Shown here piece after piece: positions 1-8,584 of a stretch of DNA of 24,000 nt. The stretch is from Clostridiales bacterium. Its GTDB lineage: Bacteria > Bacillota > Limnochordia > Darwinibacteriales > B1SED10-159. Both the position numbers and the translations under genes were made by a program. How positions within the stretch are numbered: the first letter of the stretch is position 1; each line of letters opens with the position of its first letter. Location: the NCBI GenBank assembly GCA_003559095.1, contig PWMW01000053.1:1578-25577 (forward strand), written 5' to 3'. The notes under the pieces were generated by a model. The model worked only from the letters and a program-made list of their open reading frames with translations, was not told the origin of the DNA and did no database searches.

Positions 1-247
<247 letters not shown>

Positions 248-272
248 GCTCGGCCAGCAAGGAGGGGTGACC

Positions 273-779
273 GTGCAGACCGCGAGGAAGCTGGAAACGT
301 ATCTTCCTGAACCCACACATTCCCGACAGCGATCGACGAAACGATATAGACGGGTTCGTCGGCGGCCTCGCCGTCTGCCGGACACAGTCTTGATCTGCGG
401 TGCCGTTGTGATGGTGGTTTTTCTTGCCGTGGTGTACCTAGGGCAGCAGGTGGCAACCATGCATCTCAACGTCCAAGCCCAGCGTCTAGAACAGCAGCTG
501 CAGGCGGAAGTTCAAAAACATGAACAGCTTCTGGTTCAGCTAAACGCCGCGCAATCACTGCGCTACATAGAAGAGTTGGCTCGAGCAGAGATTGGCATGG
601 TGGATTCCCAGGCTTTGACGGTGTTACTCTTGGATGTGCCTGCCCATAGGAACATGGCCGTGGCTGAAGCAGAGGCTGCCAAACAAGGGGCTACTACAGG
701 GTTGTTCGTTGAATTAACCGATTTCTTGAATCATCTGTTGTCGTTGGGGGGCGTCAGAGCTGGCTGGAGCGGACAATAA
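273..779 (+). CDS. ftsL: Cell division protein FtsL (septum formation initiator type)
   Basis: Arg-rich N-tail, a single TM (LICGAVVMVVFLAVVYLG), a Gln/Leu coiled coil (QRLEQQLQAEVQKHEQLLVQL), then LRYIEELARAEIGMV, typical of the FtsL/DivIC C-region. Sits in the rsmH-ftsL-ftsI position. GGAGG at 261-265 favours GTG 273 (7-nt spacing) over the ORF-track GTG 267. Confidence 0.8.
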   Translation: MQTARKLETYLPEPTHSRQRSTKRYRRVRRRPRRLPDTVLICGAVVMVVFLAVVYLGQQVATMHLNVQAQRLEQQLQAEVQKHEQLLVQLNAAQSLRYIEELARAEIGMVDSQALTVLLLDVPAHRNMAVAEAEAAKQGATTGLFVELTDFLNHLLSLGGVRAGWSGQ

Positions 780-798
780 GAAACTTATCCATCGTCGA

Positions 799-2841
799 GT
801 GGTCTGGATGCTCTTCTTCTTGATCTTAGGTTTTTCGACTGTCGGGATTCGGCTGTTCTACCTCCAAATCATTCGCCATGGGCATTACAGCCACTTGGCC
901 CAAGCCCAGCGCATGCGACCGACTACAGTGGACCCCAAACGAGGAACGATCTTCGATCGCAATGGAACGGTCTTAGCATTAAGCGTGGGAGCTGATGCGG
1001 TATACGCTGTGCCTCATTCAGGCAGGGATCACGCAGCGGCTGCAGCACAATTGGCTCCCTATTTGTCGTTAGCAGAAGAAGATATTGCCGCCGCCTTGAC
1101 CAACGTGACCCGCAGCACCTGGTTGGATCGAAAACTATCGTGGGAGCAATCGTCGGCCATCCGCCAGCTCAATCTACCCGGTATCCGCCTCATTGAGCGA
1201 CCCCAGCGCTATTATCCCCAGGGGACGTTGGCAGCACAGGTGCTGGGATTTGCTGGAATCGACAATCAAGGTCTGGAAGGACTGGAGTTTTTCTATGATG
1301 AGATCCTGCGTGGGACACCGGGGACATGGTCCATGGAACGTGACGCCGCGCAGCGGCAGATCCCCGGAGGCGAGGGTATCTTGACACCCCCCATCCATGG
1401 TCACGATTTGATTCTAACCATTGATGCCAAGATTCAATACGTGGCCGAGCGGGAGCTGGAGCGGGCCGTGGTGGAGACCAAAAGCCGCCGGGGCGTTGTC
1501 CTGCTGATGGACACAGCCACCGGTGCGATCGTGGCCAATGCTGTGTATCCAGCCTTTGATCCCAATCAGTACCAAAATTACGTGAGCAGCCAGCGACGCA
1601 ATAGTGCTGTCATTGATCAATACGAGCCGGGCTCCACATTCAAGGTGCTCACTGCGGCCGCCGGTCTGGATCTGGGTGCCGTAACCTTTGACACCATGTT
1701 CTACAGCGGTGCCAGCTGGCAGGTGGCTGGCGGAAGGATTCGCAGCTGGAATCGTATCGGTCATGGCGATCAGACCTTTGTACAGACGCTCGAGACCAGC
1801 GACAATATCGCCTATGCACAGCTGTCGGTGAATATGGGTCCGACGCAGTTCCATCCGTATCTGCATAACTTCGGCTTAGGTCAGCGTTTGGGCGTTGACT
1901 TTCCCGGTGAGGTTGCGGGGCGGTTACCTGCACCTGGCGAAATTCGGTTTGGTGAAACTCTTCAGTGGGCCAATATTGGTTTTGGCCAAGGTGTAGCAGT
2001 GACGCCTCTGCAGCTTTTGGCTGCCGTTAACGCCATTGCCAACGAAGGGCGGCTTATGCGTCCCCACTACGTTCACGAAATCCGTGATCATGAAGGAAAC
2101 TTAGTCCACCGCGAACAACCAGAGCTTCTTGGCCAACCCATTGGGGCGGCCACCGCAGCAGCCGTTGCACACATGATGCGCTCTTCGGTGGTCCATGGTA
2201 CCGGAAGTCAAGCGGAGATCCCAGGGTATCCGGTGGCCGGGAAAACTGGAACTGCTGAGGTGCCGACGCAGGGAGGTTACGGGGACGATCGGATTGCATC
2301 GTTTGTTGGTTTTGCCCCGGTGGAGAATCCCCGCCTGACAGGCATTGTCATCCTCTACTACCCTGAACAGGAAGTCCGTTATGGCGGTGTCTTGGCGGCC
2401 CCTGTATTCCGGACTATTATGGAGGAAGCTCTCGATTGTCTGGGAGTTCGGCGCGTTCAACAAAGCCGAACGACGGAAGACCTGATTATCCCAAATGTGC
2501 GCAACATGGCGGTACTGGATGCGCAGGTGCGCCTATCCCAAGCAGGGCTGACTTGGAGCTACTATGGTGACGGGGAGTATATTGCGGATCAGCGGCCCAC
2601 ACCGGGTACTCGCAATGCCTCAGACACTGTGGTGGCTCTGTATTTTCATGAGAGTGAATCCGAGACTGTCGCCGAAGTTCCGGATGTTGTAGGTCTGAGC
2701 ATGCGGGATGCTTTGACTGTATTGCAGCAACATGGACTGCGAATGCATCCGGTGGGCAGTGGCCTGGCCTTCCAGCAGATGCCACCAGCGGGGGAGGCAG
2801 CGGCTGAAGGTGATCTGGTTGAGGTGAATTTCTCGCTGTGA
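799..2841 (+). CDS. ftsI: Class B penicillin-binding protein / septal transpeptidase (FtsI; PBP2B/SpoVD type with two C-terminal PASTA-like repeats)
   Basis: 680 aa with an N-terminal TM and the transpeptidase motifs STFK, SDN and KTGTA. Two about 60-aa C-terminal repeats (IIPNVRNMAVLDAQVRLSQAGL..., VPDVVGLSMRDALTVLQQHGL...) match the PASTA pattern. Occupies the ftsI slot of the dcw cluster. The start codon is uncertain (see findings). Confidence 0.93.
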   Translation: MVWMLFFLILGFSTVGIRLFYLQIIRHGHYSHLAQAQRMRPTTVDPKRGTIFDRNGTVLALSVGADAVYAVPHSGRDHAAAAAQLAPYLSLAEEDIAAALTNVTRSTWLDRKLSWEQSSAIRQLNLPGIRLIERPQRYYPQGTLAAQVLGFAGIDNQGLEGLEFFYDEILRGTPGTWSMERDAAQRQIPGGEGILTPPIHGHDLILTIDAKIQYVAERELERAVVETKSRRGVVLLMDTATGAIVANAVYPAFDPNQYQNYVSSQRRNSAVIDQYEPGSTFKVLTAAAGLDLGAVTFDTMFYSGASWQVAGGRIRSWNRIGHGDQTFVQTLETSDNIAYAQLSVNMGPTQFHPYLHNFGLGQRLGVDFPGEVAGRLPAPGEIRFGETLQWANIGFGQGVAVTPLQLLAAVNAIANEGRLMRPHYVHEIRDHEGNLVHREQPELLGQPIGAATAAAVAHMMRSSVVHGTGSQAEIPGYPVAGKTGTAEVPTQGGYGDDRIASFVGFAPVENPRLTGIVILYYPEQEVRYGGVLAAPVFRTIMEEALDCLGVRRVQQSRTTEDLIIPNVRNMAVLDAQVRLSQAGLTWSYYGDGEYIADQRPTPGTRNASDTVVALYFHESESETVAEVPDVVGLSMRDALTVLQQHGLRMHPVGSGLAFQQMPPAGEAAAEGDLVEVNFSL

Positions 2842-2872
2842 TTTATCTTGAGTTTGTTGAGGAGATGTGACT

Positions 2873-4336
2873 ATGCGACTGTCCCAACTGCTCCCGTCCG
2901 GAGAAGCTGTTAGAATCGGTGAAGACGTCACTGTTACGGGAATACAGTATGACTCGCGGCGAGTTGAACCGGGCGATCTGTTTGTGGCTGTTCCGGGGTT
3001 TAAGAGCGATGGCCACGATTTCATATCCGCAGCTGTGCAGCGTGGAGCTGTGGCAGTCATGGTCGAACGTCAAGAGGAGGAGGGGTCTATTCCGCAGCTG
3101 CTTGTGCCAGACTGCCGGACCGCCATGGCCCGAGCTGCTCATCGCTTTTTTGCTGAACCGTCTCGGAAACTTCGGGTCGTCGCTGTGACAGGAACCAACG
3201 GCAAGACGACAACGACGTTTTTGATCAAACAAGGTCTCGAGGCCGTGGGATTTCGTGTTGCTTTGATGGGAACCATCCATAACATGATTGGCGATGCCAT
3301 TTTCCCGGCGGGCAGGACGACACCCGAAGCCATAGATATCCAGCGCTTTTTAGCAGATGCCGTTGCTGATGGCTGCCATTATGTCGTGTTGGAGGCATCT
3401 TCCCACGGCTTGGCATTGGGTCGGCTGGATGATCTTGAGGTGGATGTGGCTGTGTTCACGAATCTATCCCAAGATCATTTGGATTTTCATCCGGATTTCG
3501 AAGCGTATTTTCAAGCGAAGGCGAAGCTTTTCCACATCCTCAATCAGCCCGGTACCAAGGACAACAAGGCGGCGGTGATCAACGGTGATGATCCGTATGG
3601 CCGGAGGCTTTTGGACCTGCGTCTGCCGAGAGTCCTGACCTTTGGCATCAATGGCGGCGACGTTCAGGCAGTGGCTGCGCAGGTACATCCGGCAGGGGTG
3701 GCCTATACACTGGCCAGCAGAGGCACAACCCTTGGCGTGGATCTGCCACTGGCAGGGACATTCAATATCTATAACTCTTTGGGTGCTGCGGCCGTCTTTC
3801 TCAACGAAGGACTGAGCGCTCGGGCGCTCAAGCAGGCCATGGAAGCTCTGCGGCCAGTGCCAGGCCGCTTCGAATTGGTCCAGGCTGGGCAGAGATTCCC
3901 GGTGGTTGTGGATTATGCGCACACCCCCGATGGACTGACCAATGTTTTGCAGACCGCCCGCAGTGTCAGCGCCGGCCGCGTAATCGCTGTGTTTGGGGCG
4001 GGGGGTGACCGGGATGCAAAAAAACGTCCACTGATGGCCGCAGCCGCCGCGGCGCTGGCTGACTACATCATCATTACATCGGATAATCCCCGTAGTGAAG
4101 ATCCGTTGACCATTTGTCAAAATGTTGAAGAGGGGCTTCTTGAGTCCGGATTCGCAAACTATCACGTGGAGCCGGAGCGCCGCGCCGCCATTACCCAAGC
4201 GGTGGCTATGGCCAAGGAAACAGATATCGTGGTCATAGCCGGCAAAGGTCACGAAACATACCAAGAGAGCCATGGCCAGCGCATACACTTTGATGATTGC
4301 GAAGTGGCCTTGGCAGCATTGAAGGAGTTGAGGTAA
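2873..4336 (+). CDS. murE: UDP-N-acetylmuramoyl-L-alanyl-D-glutamate--2,6-diaminopimelate ligase MurE
   Basis: Mur ligase P-loop GTNGKTTT. The DNPR motif (ITSDNPRSEDP) is characteristic of meso-DAP-adding MurE. GGAG 2861-2864 sits 8 nt before ATG 2873 (the ORF track starts two codons earlier at GTG 2867). Confidence 0.95.
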   Translation: MRLSQLLPSGEAVRIGEDVTVTGIQYDSRRVEPGDLFVAVPGFKSDGHDFISAAVQRGAVAVMVERQEEEGSIPQLLVPDCRTAMARAAHRFFAEPSRKLRVVAVTGTNGKTTTTFLIKQGLEAVGFRVALMGTIHNMIGDAIFPAGRTTPEAIDIQRFLADAVADGCHYVVLEASSHGLALGRLDDLEVDVAVFTNLSQDHLDFHPDFEAYFQAKAKLFHILNQPGTKDNKAAVINGDDPYGRRLLDLRLPRVLTFGINGGDVQAVAAQVHPAGVAYTLASRGTTLGVDLPLAGTFNIYNSLGAAAVFLNEGLSARALKQAMEALRPVPGRFELVQAGQRFPVVVDYAHTPDGLTNVLQTARSVSAGRVIAVFGAGGDRDAKKRPLMAAAAAALADYIIITSDNPRSEDPLTICQNVEEGLLESGFANYHVEPERRAAITQAVAMAKETDIVVIAGKGHETYQESHGQRIHFDDCEVALAALKELR

Positions 4337-4337
4337 C

Positions 4338-5714
4338 ATGAAAGCCATTCCTCTGTGGCTTGCTGCGCAGTGGATGGGTTCGGCGTGTTCTAGCCGCCGT
4401 GACATCAGCCACGTGACCATTGACTCGCGGGAAGCCGGGCCCCACAGCCTCTTCTTTGCTTTGCCTGGGACGAGAGTGGATGGTCATCGATTCGTGGACG
4501 AAGTTCTGGCCCTTGGGGGTTGTGCTGTGGTCTCAGAGGACGTGGGCTCGTCCTCCCAAGTGATCAAGGTCGATGATACGCTTCAAGCCCTGCAGCGATT
4601 GGCACGCTGCTATTTGGCGGAACAGCAGCCGCTGGTCGTGGGTATCACAGGAAGCAACGGCAAGACTACCACCAAGGATTTTACCGCTGCTGTTCTGCAG
4701 GAGAGCTACAGCGTCCATGCCACCGCGGGCAATTATAACACCGAAATCGGTCTGCCCTTAACCATTCTAGGTATGGAAGCGCACCACAACGCTCTGGTCT
4801 TGGAGATGGGCATGCGGGGCGCAGGCCAGATCGCTGCCCTTACAGCCATCGCACCTTTGGATGTAGGGGTAATCACTAACATTGGTCCCGTGCATCTGGA
4901 ACTCCTGGGCTCACTGGACGCAGTGGCTGCTGCCAAGGGAGAGATCCTAACAGGAATCAAATCCTCGGGTGTGGCGGTCTTGAACGGCGACGACGAGCGG
5001 GTTCGTGCCCAGTGGCAGCTTTGGAGTGGACATGCTGTGTGGGCTTCGTCGTTTCAAGATAACCAAGATGTGTATGCCTCGGATCTCCAGATTGATCCCT
5101 TCGGATACCCGGAATTTGTGGTACACTATCAGGGTACATCAAGCCCTGTGAAACTATCGCTTCCAGGTCGACAAAATGTGAGCAACGCTGTTCTAGCTCT
5201 GGCCGTGGGAGTTGTCTGTGGCGTACCCCTGGAAGCGGGCACTCATGCTTTGGCCGCAGCCTCCAGCAGCCCCATGCGTATGCAGATTGTAAGGGGGCAG
5301 ACCGGTTGTGTGGTTATCAATGATGCCTACAACGCCAGTCCTGCTTCCATGGAAGCTGCCATTGCCACCGCAGCTCAGATGCAGGCTGCGGTGGCCAAAA
5401 TTGCTGTGCTCGGGGATATGTTGGAACTGGGGGACTTAGCACCCTCCAGCCACATTGAAGCTGGACAACAGGCAGCCCAGGTGTTTGACGAGATTATCTT
5501 CGTGGGCCGTTTTGGCGGCTTTTTCCGAGAAGGGCTCCTGCGAGAAGGCTTTTCTATGGACGGTTTTGCGTGGGTGAATAAGACAGGTGATGCCATGGAT
5601 TGGGTGCAGCAGCGGAGCAAGCGCGGGAATCTTATCTTGCTTAAGGCATCGCGAGGAGTGGGCTTGGAAGTGCTTCTGCCAACGTTGGAAGGGAAGGTAC
5701 CTGATGGAAAATAG
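4338..5714 (+). CDS. murF: UDP-N-acetylmuramoyl-tripeptide--D-alanyl-D-alanine ligase MurF
   Basis: Mur ligase P-loop GSNGKTTTKD with MurF-like N- and C-domains. The ATG lies 1 nt after the murE stop, in the canonical murE-murF-mraY order. Confidence 0.93.
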   Translation: MKAIPLWLAAQWMGSACSSRRDISHVTIDSREAGPHSLFFALPGTRVDGHRFVDEVLALGGCAVVSEDVGSSSQVIKVDDTLQALQRLARCYLAEQQPLVVGITGSNGKTTTKDFTAAVLQESYSVHATAGNYNTEIGLPLTILGMEAHHNALVLEMGMRGAGQIAALTAIAPLDVGVITNIGPVHLELLGSLDAVAAAKGEILTGIKSSGVAVLNGDDERVRAQWQLWSGHAVWASSFQDNQDVYASDLQIDPFGYPEFVVHYQGTSSPVKLSLPGRQNVSNAVLALAVGVVCGVPLEAGTHALAAASSSPMRMQIVRGQTGCVVINDAYNASPASMEAAIATAAQMQAAVAKIAVLGDMLELGDLAPSSHIEAGQQAAQVFDEIIFVGRFGGFFREGLLREGFSMDGFAWVNKTGDAMDWVQQRSKRGNLILLKASRGVGLEVLLPTLEGKVPDGK

Positions 5715-6672
5715 TGTGGCTTGGTCCCTAGGGGCTTTGGTGACGGCGTGGGCACTGGTGATGCTCCTGGGGCCTTACGCGGTCAAGCTCTTGACCAATC
5801 TCAAGATGGGGCAGCAGGTGCGAAGCGACGGCCCCCAGACCCATCTGCAGAAATCGGGGACACCGACCATGGGGGGTGTCCTGTTCATTGGCGCATCGGT
5901 TTTGGCAGCCTTATTTTGGTCCCAGGGCCATCCATTGACCATATTGGCCGCCCTCGGGACCTTAGGTTTTGCGCTGATCGGATTTGTAGATGATTACCGC
6001 AAAATGATGAAGCGAGGAACTACAGGACTCAAGGCTCGGGAAAAACTAGCTGCGCAAGGGCTTTTGGCCCTGGCTATCACTGCTATAGCACTGTGGTATT
6101 CTCCGGACGTGGCGCGGTGGGTGGTCCCCTGGACCGGTGCCACGCTGCATATACCGCCGTGGCTCTTTGTTCCCGTGGCTGTATTCGTAGTGGTGGGCGG
6201 GGCGAATGCCGTGAATCTCACCGACGGTTTGGATGGTCTAGCCGCAGGCTGTATGGTCATAGCCAGTGCCGCCTTCGCCATCCTGCTGGTGGCCTCGGGC
6301 ACAACCGTTCTCATCAGCTTCGTGTTGAGTATTCTCGGAGGCTGTTTGGCTTTTCTTTGGTTTAACACCTATCCAGCGGCGGTCTTCATGGGTGACACCG
6401 GTTCTTTGGGTCTAGGTGCGGCTTTGGTCTTTATGGGTTTGTTTTCGGGAACAACGCTGTTTTTACCTTTGATCGGAATTGTGTTTGTTGTGGAAACTAT
6501 TTCCGTGATGCTCCAGGTATTGGTGTTCCGCGTCACCAAAGGCCGACGTCTATTCCGCATGGCCCCGCTGCATCACCATTTTGAGTTAGTGGGTTGGGAA
6601 GAACCAAAGGTCATTGTGCGATTTTGGATCGCTGCTGCCCTCGGAGGCTTGCTGGGTATTTGGGTGCTTTAA
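5704..6672 (+). CDS. mraY: Phospho-N-acetylmuramoyl-pentapeptide transferase MraY
   Basis: Polytopic membrane protein with MraY motifs GTPTMGG, NAVNLTDGLDGLA, FMGDTGSLGLG and APLHHHFE. ATG 5704 (MENSVAW...) overlaps the murF stop by 11 nt. The ORF-track extension back to 5587 is out-of-frame murF sequence with no protein-like character. Confidence 0.93.
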   Translation: MENSVAWSLGALVTAWALVMLLGPYAVKLLTNLKMGQQVRSDGPQTHLQKSGTPTMGGVLFIGASVLAALFWSQGHPLTILAALGTLGFALIGFVDDYRKMMKRGTTGLKAREKLAAQGLLALAITAIALWYSPDVARWVVPWTGATLHIPPWLFVPVAVFVVVGGANAVNLTDGLDGLAAGCMVIASAAFAILLVASGTTVLISFVLSILGGCLAFLWFNTYPAAVFMGDTGSLGLGAALVFMGLFSGTTLFLPLIGIVFVVETISVMLQVLVFRVTKGRRLFRMAPLHHHFELVGWEEPKVIVRFWIAAALGGLLGIWVL

Positions 6673-6699
6673 GAATGACTTCATTGGAGATGAGGGGGG

Positions 6700-7830
6700 A
6701 TGGCTGTGACGAAGCAGCGGAGACCGGATTTGATCCTCTTTACCATCGTGATTATTCTTGCGGGCCTGGGCTTGGTCATGGTTCTCAGCGCATCATCCGT
6801 CATCGGATTTCAAGCAGAACACGATCCGTTCCACTATTTTCGCAGGCAGGCCATCTGGCTGGGTCTTGGAATGCTGCTTCTGATCATCACCATGAACGTT
6901 GATTACCATGTCTATCGCAAGTTGGCTCTGCCAGGCATTGTGGTGGCTTTTGTTCTTCTGCTCTTGGTGCTTTGGATTGGTCAGGAGATCGGCGGCGCCA
7001 GGCGCTGGATATCCTTAGGTTTTTTCAACCTGCAGCCATCAGAAGTAACCAAACTTGCCATGGTGAATTTTGCAGCGGTGTACATAGCCACCAAGGGTCG
7101 CAAAATCCGCCGGTTGTTTTCCGGTTTGCTTCCCATCTTGGTGATCTTGGCCGGTGCCTTCGGCCTGATCATCTTGGAACCAGATTTTGGCACGGCTGCG
7201 GCCTTGATGGCCACGGTTATGTTGATGCTGTTCGCCGGGGGCGCGTATCTTGGACATCTGCTGCTTCTGGCCATCGGTGCCGGTGCTGGACTTTACAAGT
7301 TGGCATTGGGATGGTCTTACCGTTGGCGCCGTATTACAGCATTCCTTGACCCTTGGGCTGATCCTATGGATACAGGCTGGAATGTTATCCAATCGCTTCT
7401 GGCTGTGGGCAGCGGCGGGCTCTTCGGTGTGGGGCTGGGCAACAGCCGACAGAAATTTTCGTATCTTCCTGAACATCACACGGACTTCATCTTTGCGATT
7501 CTCGCTGAAGAGCTTGGTTTTATTGGGGCTGGTGCGGTGGTGGTCTTGTATGTCATGCTCGTGTGGCGCGGCTATGCCATTGGGCTGCGCGCCCGAGATA
7601 CCTATGGTTCATTGCTGGCCGTGGGCCTAACAACCATGCTCGCCTTTCAGGCCCTGTTGAACATTGGCGTGGCCACTGGATCCGTTCCTGTGACCGGCAT
7701 TCCGCTGCCCTTTGTGAGTTACGGAGGTTCGGCGCTGATGACTGCTATGGCTTCGGCCGGCGTCCTGCTCAACATATCCAAACAGGGTCGGGTGCCAAGG
7801 AAGAAGCTCCAAGAAGGTATGGAACCATGA
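6700..7830 (+). CDS. ftsW: SEDS-family peptidoglycan glycosyltransferase FtsW/SpoVE
   Basis: 376 aa with about 10 TMs and SEDS motifs (QPSEVTKLAMV, LEPDFGTA, SYLPEHHTDFIFA, GIPLPFVSYGGSA). GGAGA 6686-6690 lies 9 nt upstream of the ATG. Confidence 0.92.
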   Translation: MAVTKQRRPDLILFTIVIILAGLGLVMVLSASSVIGFQAEHDPFHYFRRQAIWLGLGMLLLIITMNVDYHVYRKLALPGIVVAFVLLLLVLWIGQEIGGARRWISLGFFNLQPSEVTKLAMVNFAAVYIATKGRKIRRLFSGLLPILVILAGAFGLIILEPDFGTAAALMATVMLMLFAGGAYLGHLLLLAIGAGAGLYKLALGWSYRWRRITAFLDPWADPMDTGWNVIQSLLAVGSGGLFGVGLGNSRQKFSYLPEHHTDFIFAILAEELGFIGAGAVVVLYVMLVWRGYAIGLRARDTYGSLLAVGLTTMLAFQALLNIGVATGSVPVTGIPLPFVSYGGSALMTAMASAGVLLNISKQGRVPRKKLQEGMEP

Positions 7831-8489
7831 AAACAGGTATTTACGCTTTTGTGGCGCTATTGGTGGTATTGAGCTTCATCTATCTAAACTTGCCGCAATT
7901 TACTGTGCAGGAGCTGGCGTTTGCGGGAAACACGACGGTGACCGAAGGGGAATTAGCCGCGTTCAGTGCCTTTGAACCGGGTAACGTGTTCCGCAAGGAT
8001 CCGCAGCGGATTGCCCAGGCGGTGCAGACACACCCCTGGATTCGGGATGCAAACACCCGCTGGGATTGGCCGAACTCGATCACCATCGTCGTTGAAGAAC
8101 GAACGCCGGTGGCTTTGGTGCCGCGGTCCGAAATTTGGTACATTTTGGATCGGGAAGGTGAGATTTTGCCGCGTCCGCTGACGATGCAGCTGCCCAACCT
8201 TCCCATCGCTGTGGGCTTGGACTTGGGAGACAGCCAGGCCCGCAGCGAAACGGCTGTGGTCCTGCGGGATGTCCCCGATTCTATAGGAACGATATTGTCT
8301 GAGTGGAATCCCCAAGAAGCTCGATTCATAACGCACGCTGGTGTTCAGGTGTTTGTGGGTGACATTACTGATATGCAGCGTAAGTACAGAGTGCTGGACA
8401 TTCTGTTGGTCGAAATCGCCCGCGATGGGCGGCAGGCCATCAGTATTGACTTGCGCTCGCCTGCCGCGCCGGTGGTTCTGTTTCAATAG
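7827..8489 (+). CDS. ftsQ: Cell division protein FtsQ/DivIB (POTRA domain)
   Basis: 220 aa: a 4-residue cytoplasmic tail, one TM (IYAFVALLVVLSFIYL), then a POTRA-like region (VQELAFAGNTTVTEGEL...HPWIRDANTRWDWPNSITIVVEERTPVA). ATG 7827 overlaps the ftsW stop as ATGA. Lies immediately upstream of ftsZ. The ORF-track extension to 7563 is an alternative frame of the ftsW 3' end. Confidence 0.8.
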   Translation: MKTGIYAFVALLVVLSFIYLNLPQFTVQELAFAGNTTVTEGELAAFSAFEPGNVFRKDPQRIAQAVQTHPWIRDANTRWDWPNSITIVVEERTPVALVPRSEIWYILDREGEILPRPLTMQLPNLPIAVGLDLGDSQARSETAVVLRDVPDSIGTILSEWNPQEARFITHAGVQVFVGDITDMQRKYRVLDILLVEIARDGRQAISIDLRSPAAPVVLFQ

Positions 8490-8584
8490 CATTATTTCGG
8501 AATTTCGCGAAACTGTGGAGGAATCCACAAGGTCATGTGGAATGAACATAGATAGGAATTCTTGTAACAGAGAAGGGGGATCCC

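Noticed and set aside
3464-4420. 318-aa ORF antisense to murE. Other long antisense ORFs behave the same way, for example 7953-8549 and 1414-1866.
   Set aside because: They lie fully inside strongly supported genes on the opposite strand. Their composition is Arg/Cys/His/Trp-rich and not protein-like, they have no SD, and long antisense frames are typical of moderately GC-rich coding DNA.
5587-5703. ORF-track 5' extensions of mraY (from 5587), ftsQ (from 7563), the RodZ-like gene (from 13399) and the UPF0182 gene (from 14820).
   Set aside because: The extensions are alternative frames of the upstream genes' 3' ends, with implausible Trp/Cys/Arg-rich peptides. Internal starts with proper SD spacing reproduce the conserved N-termini.
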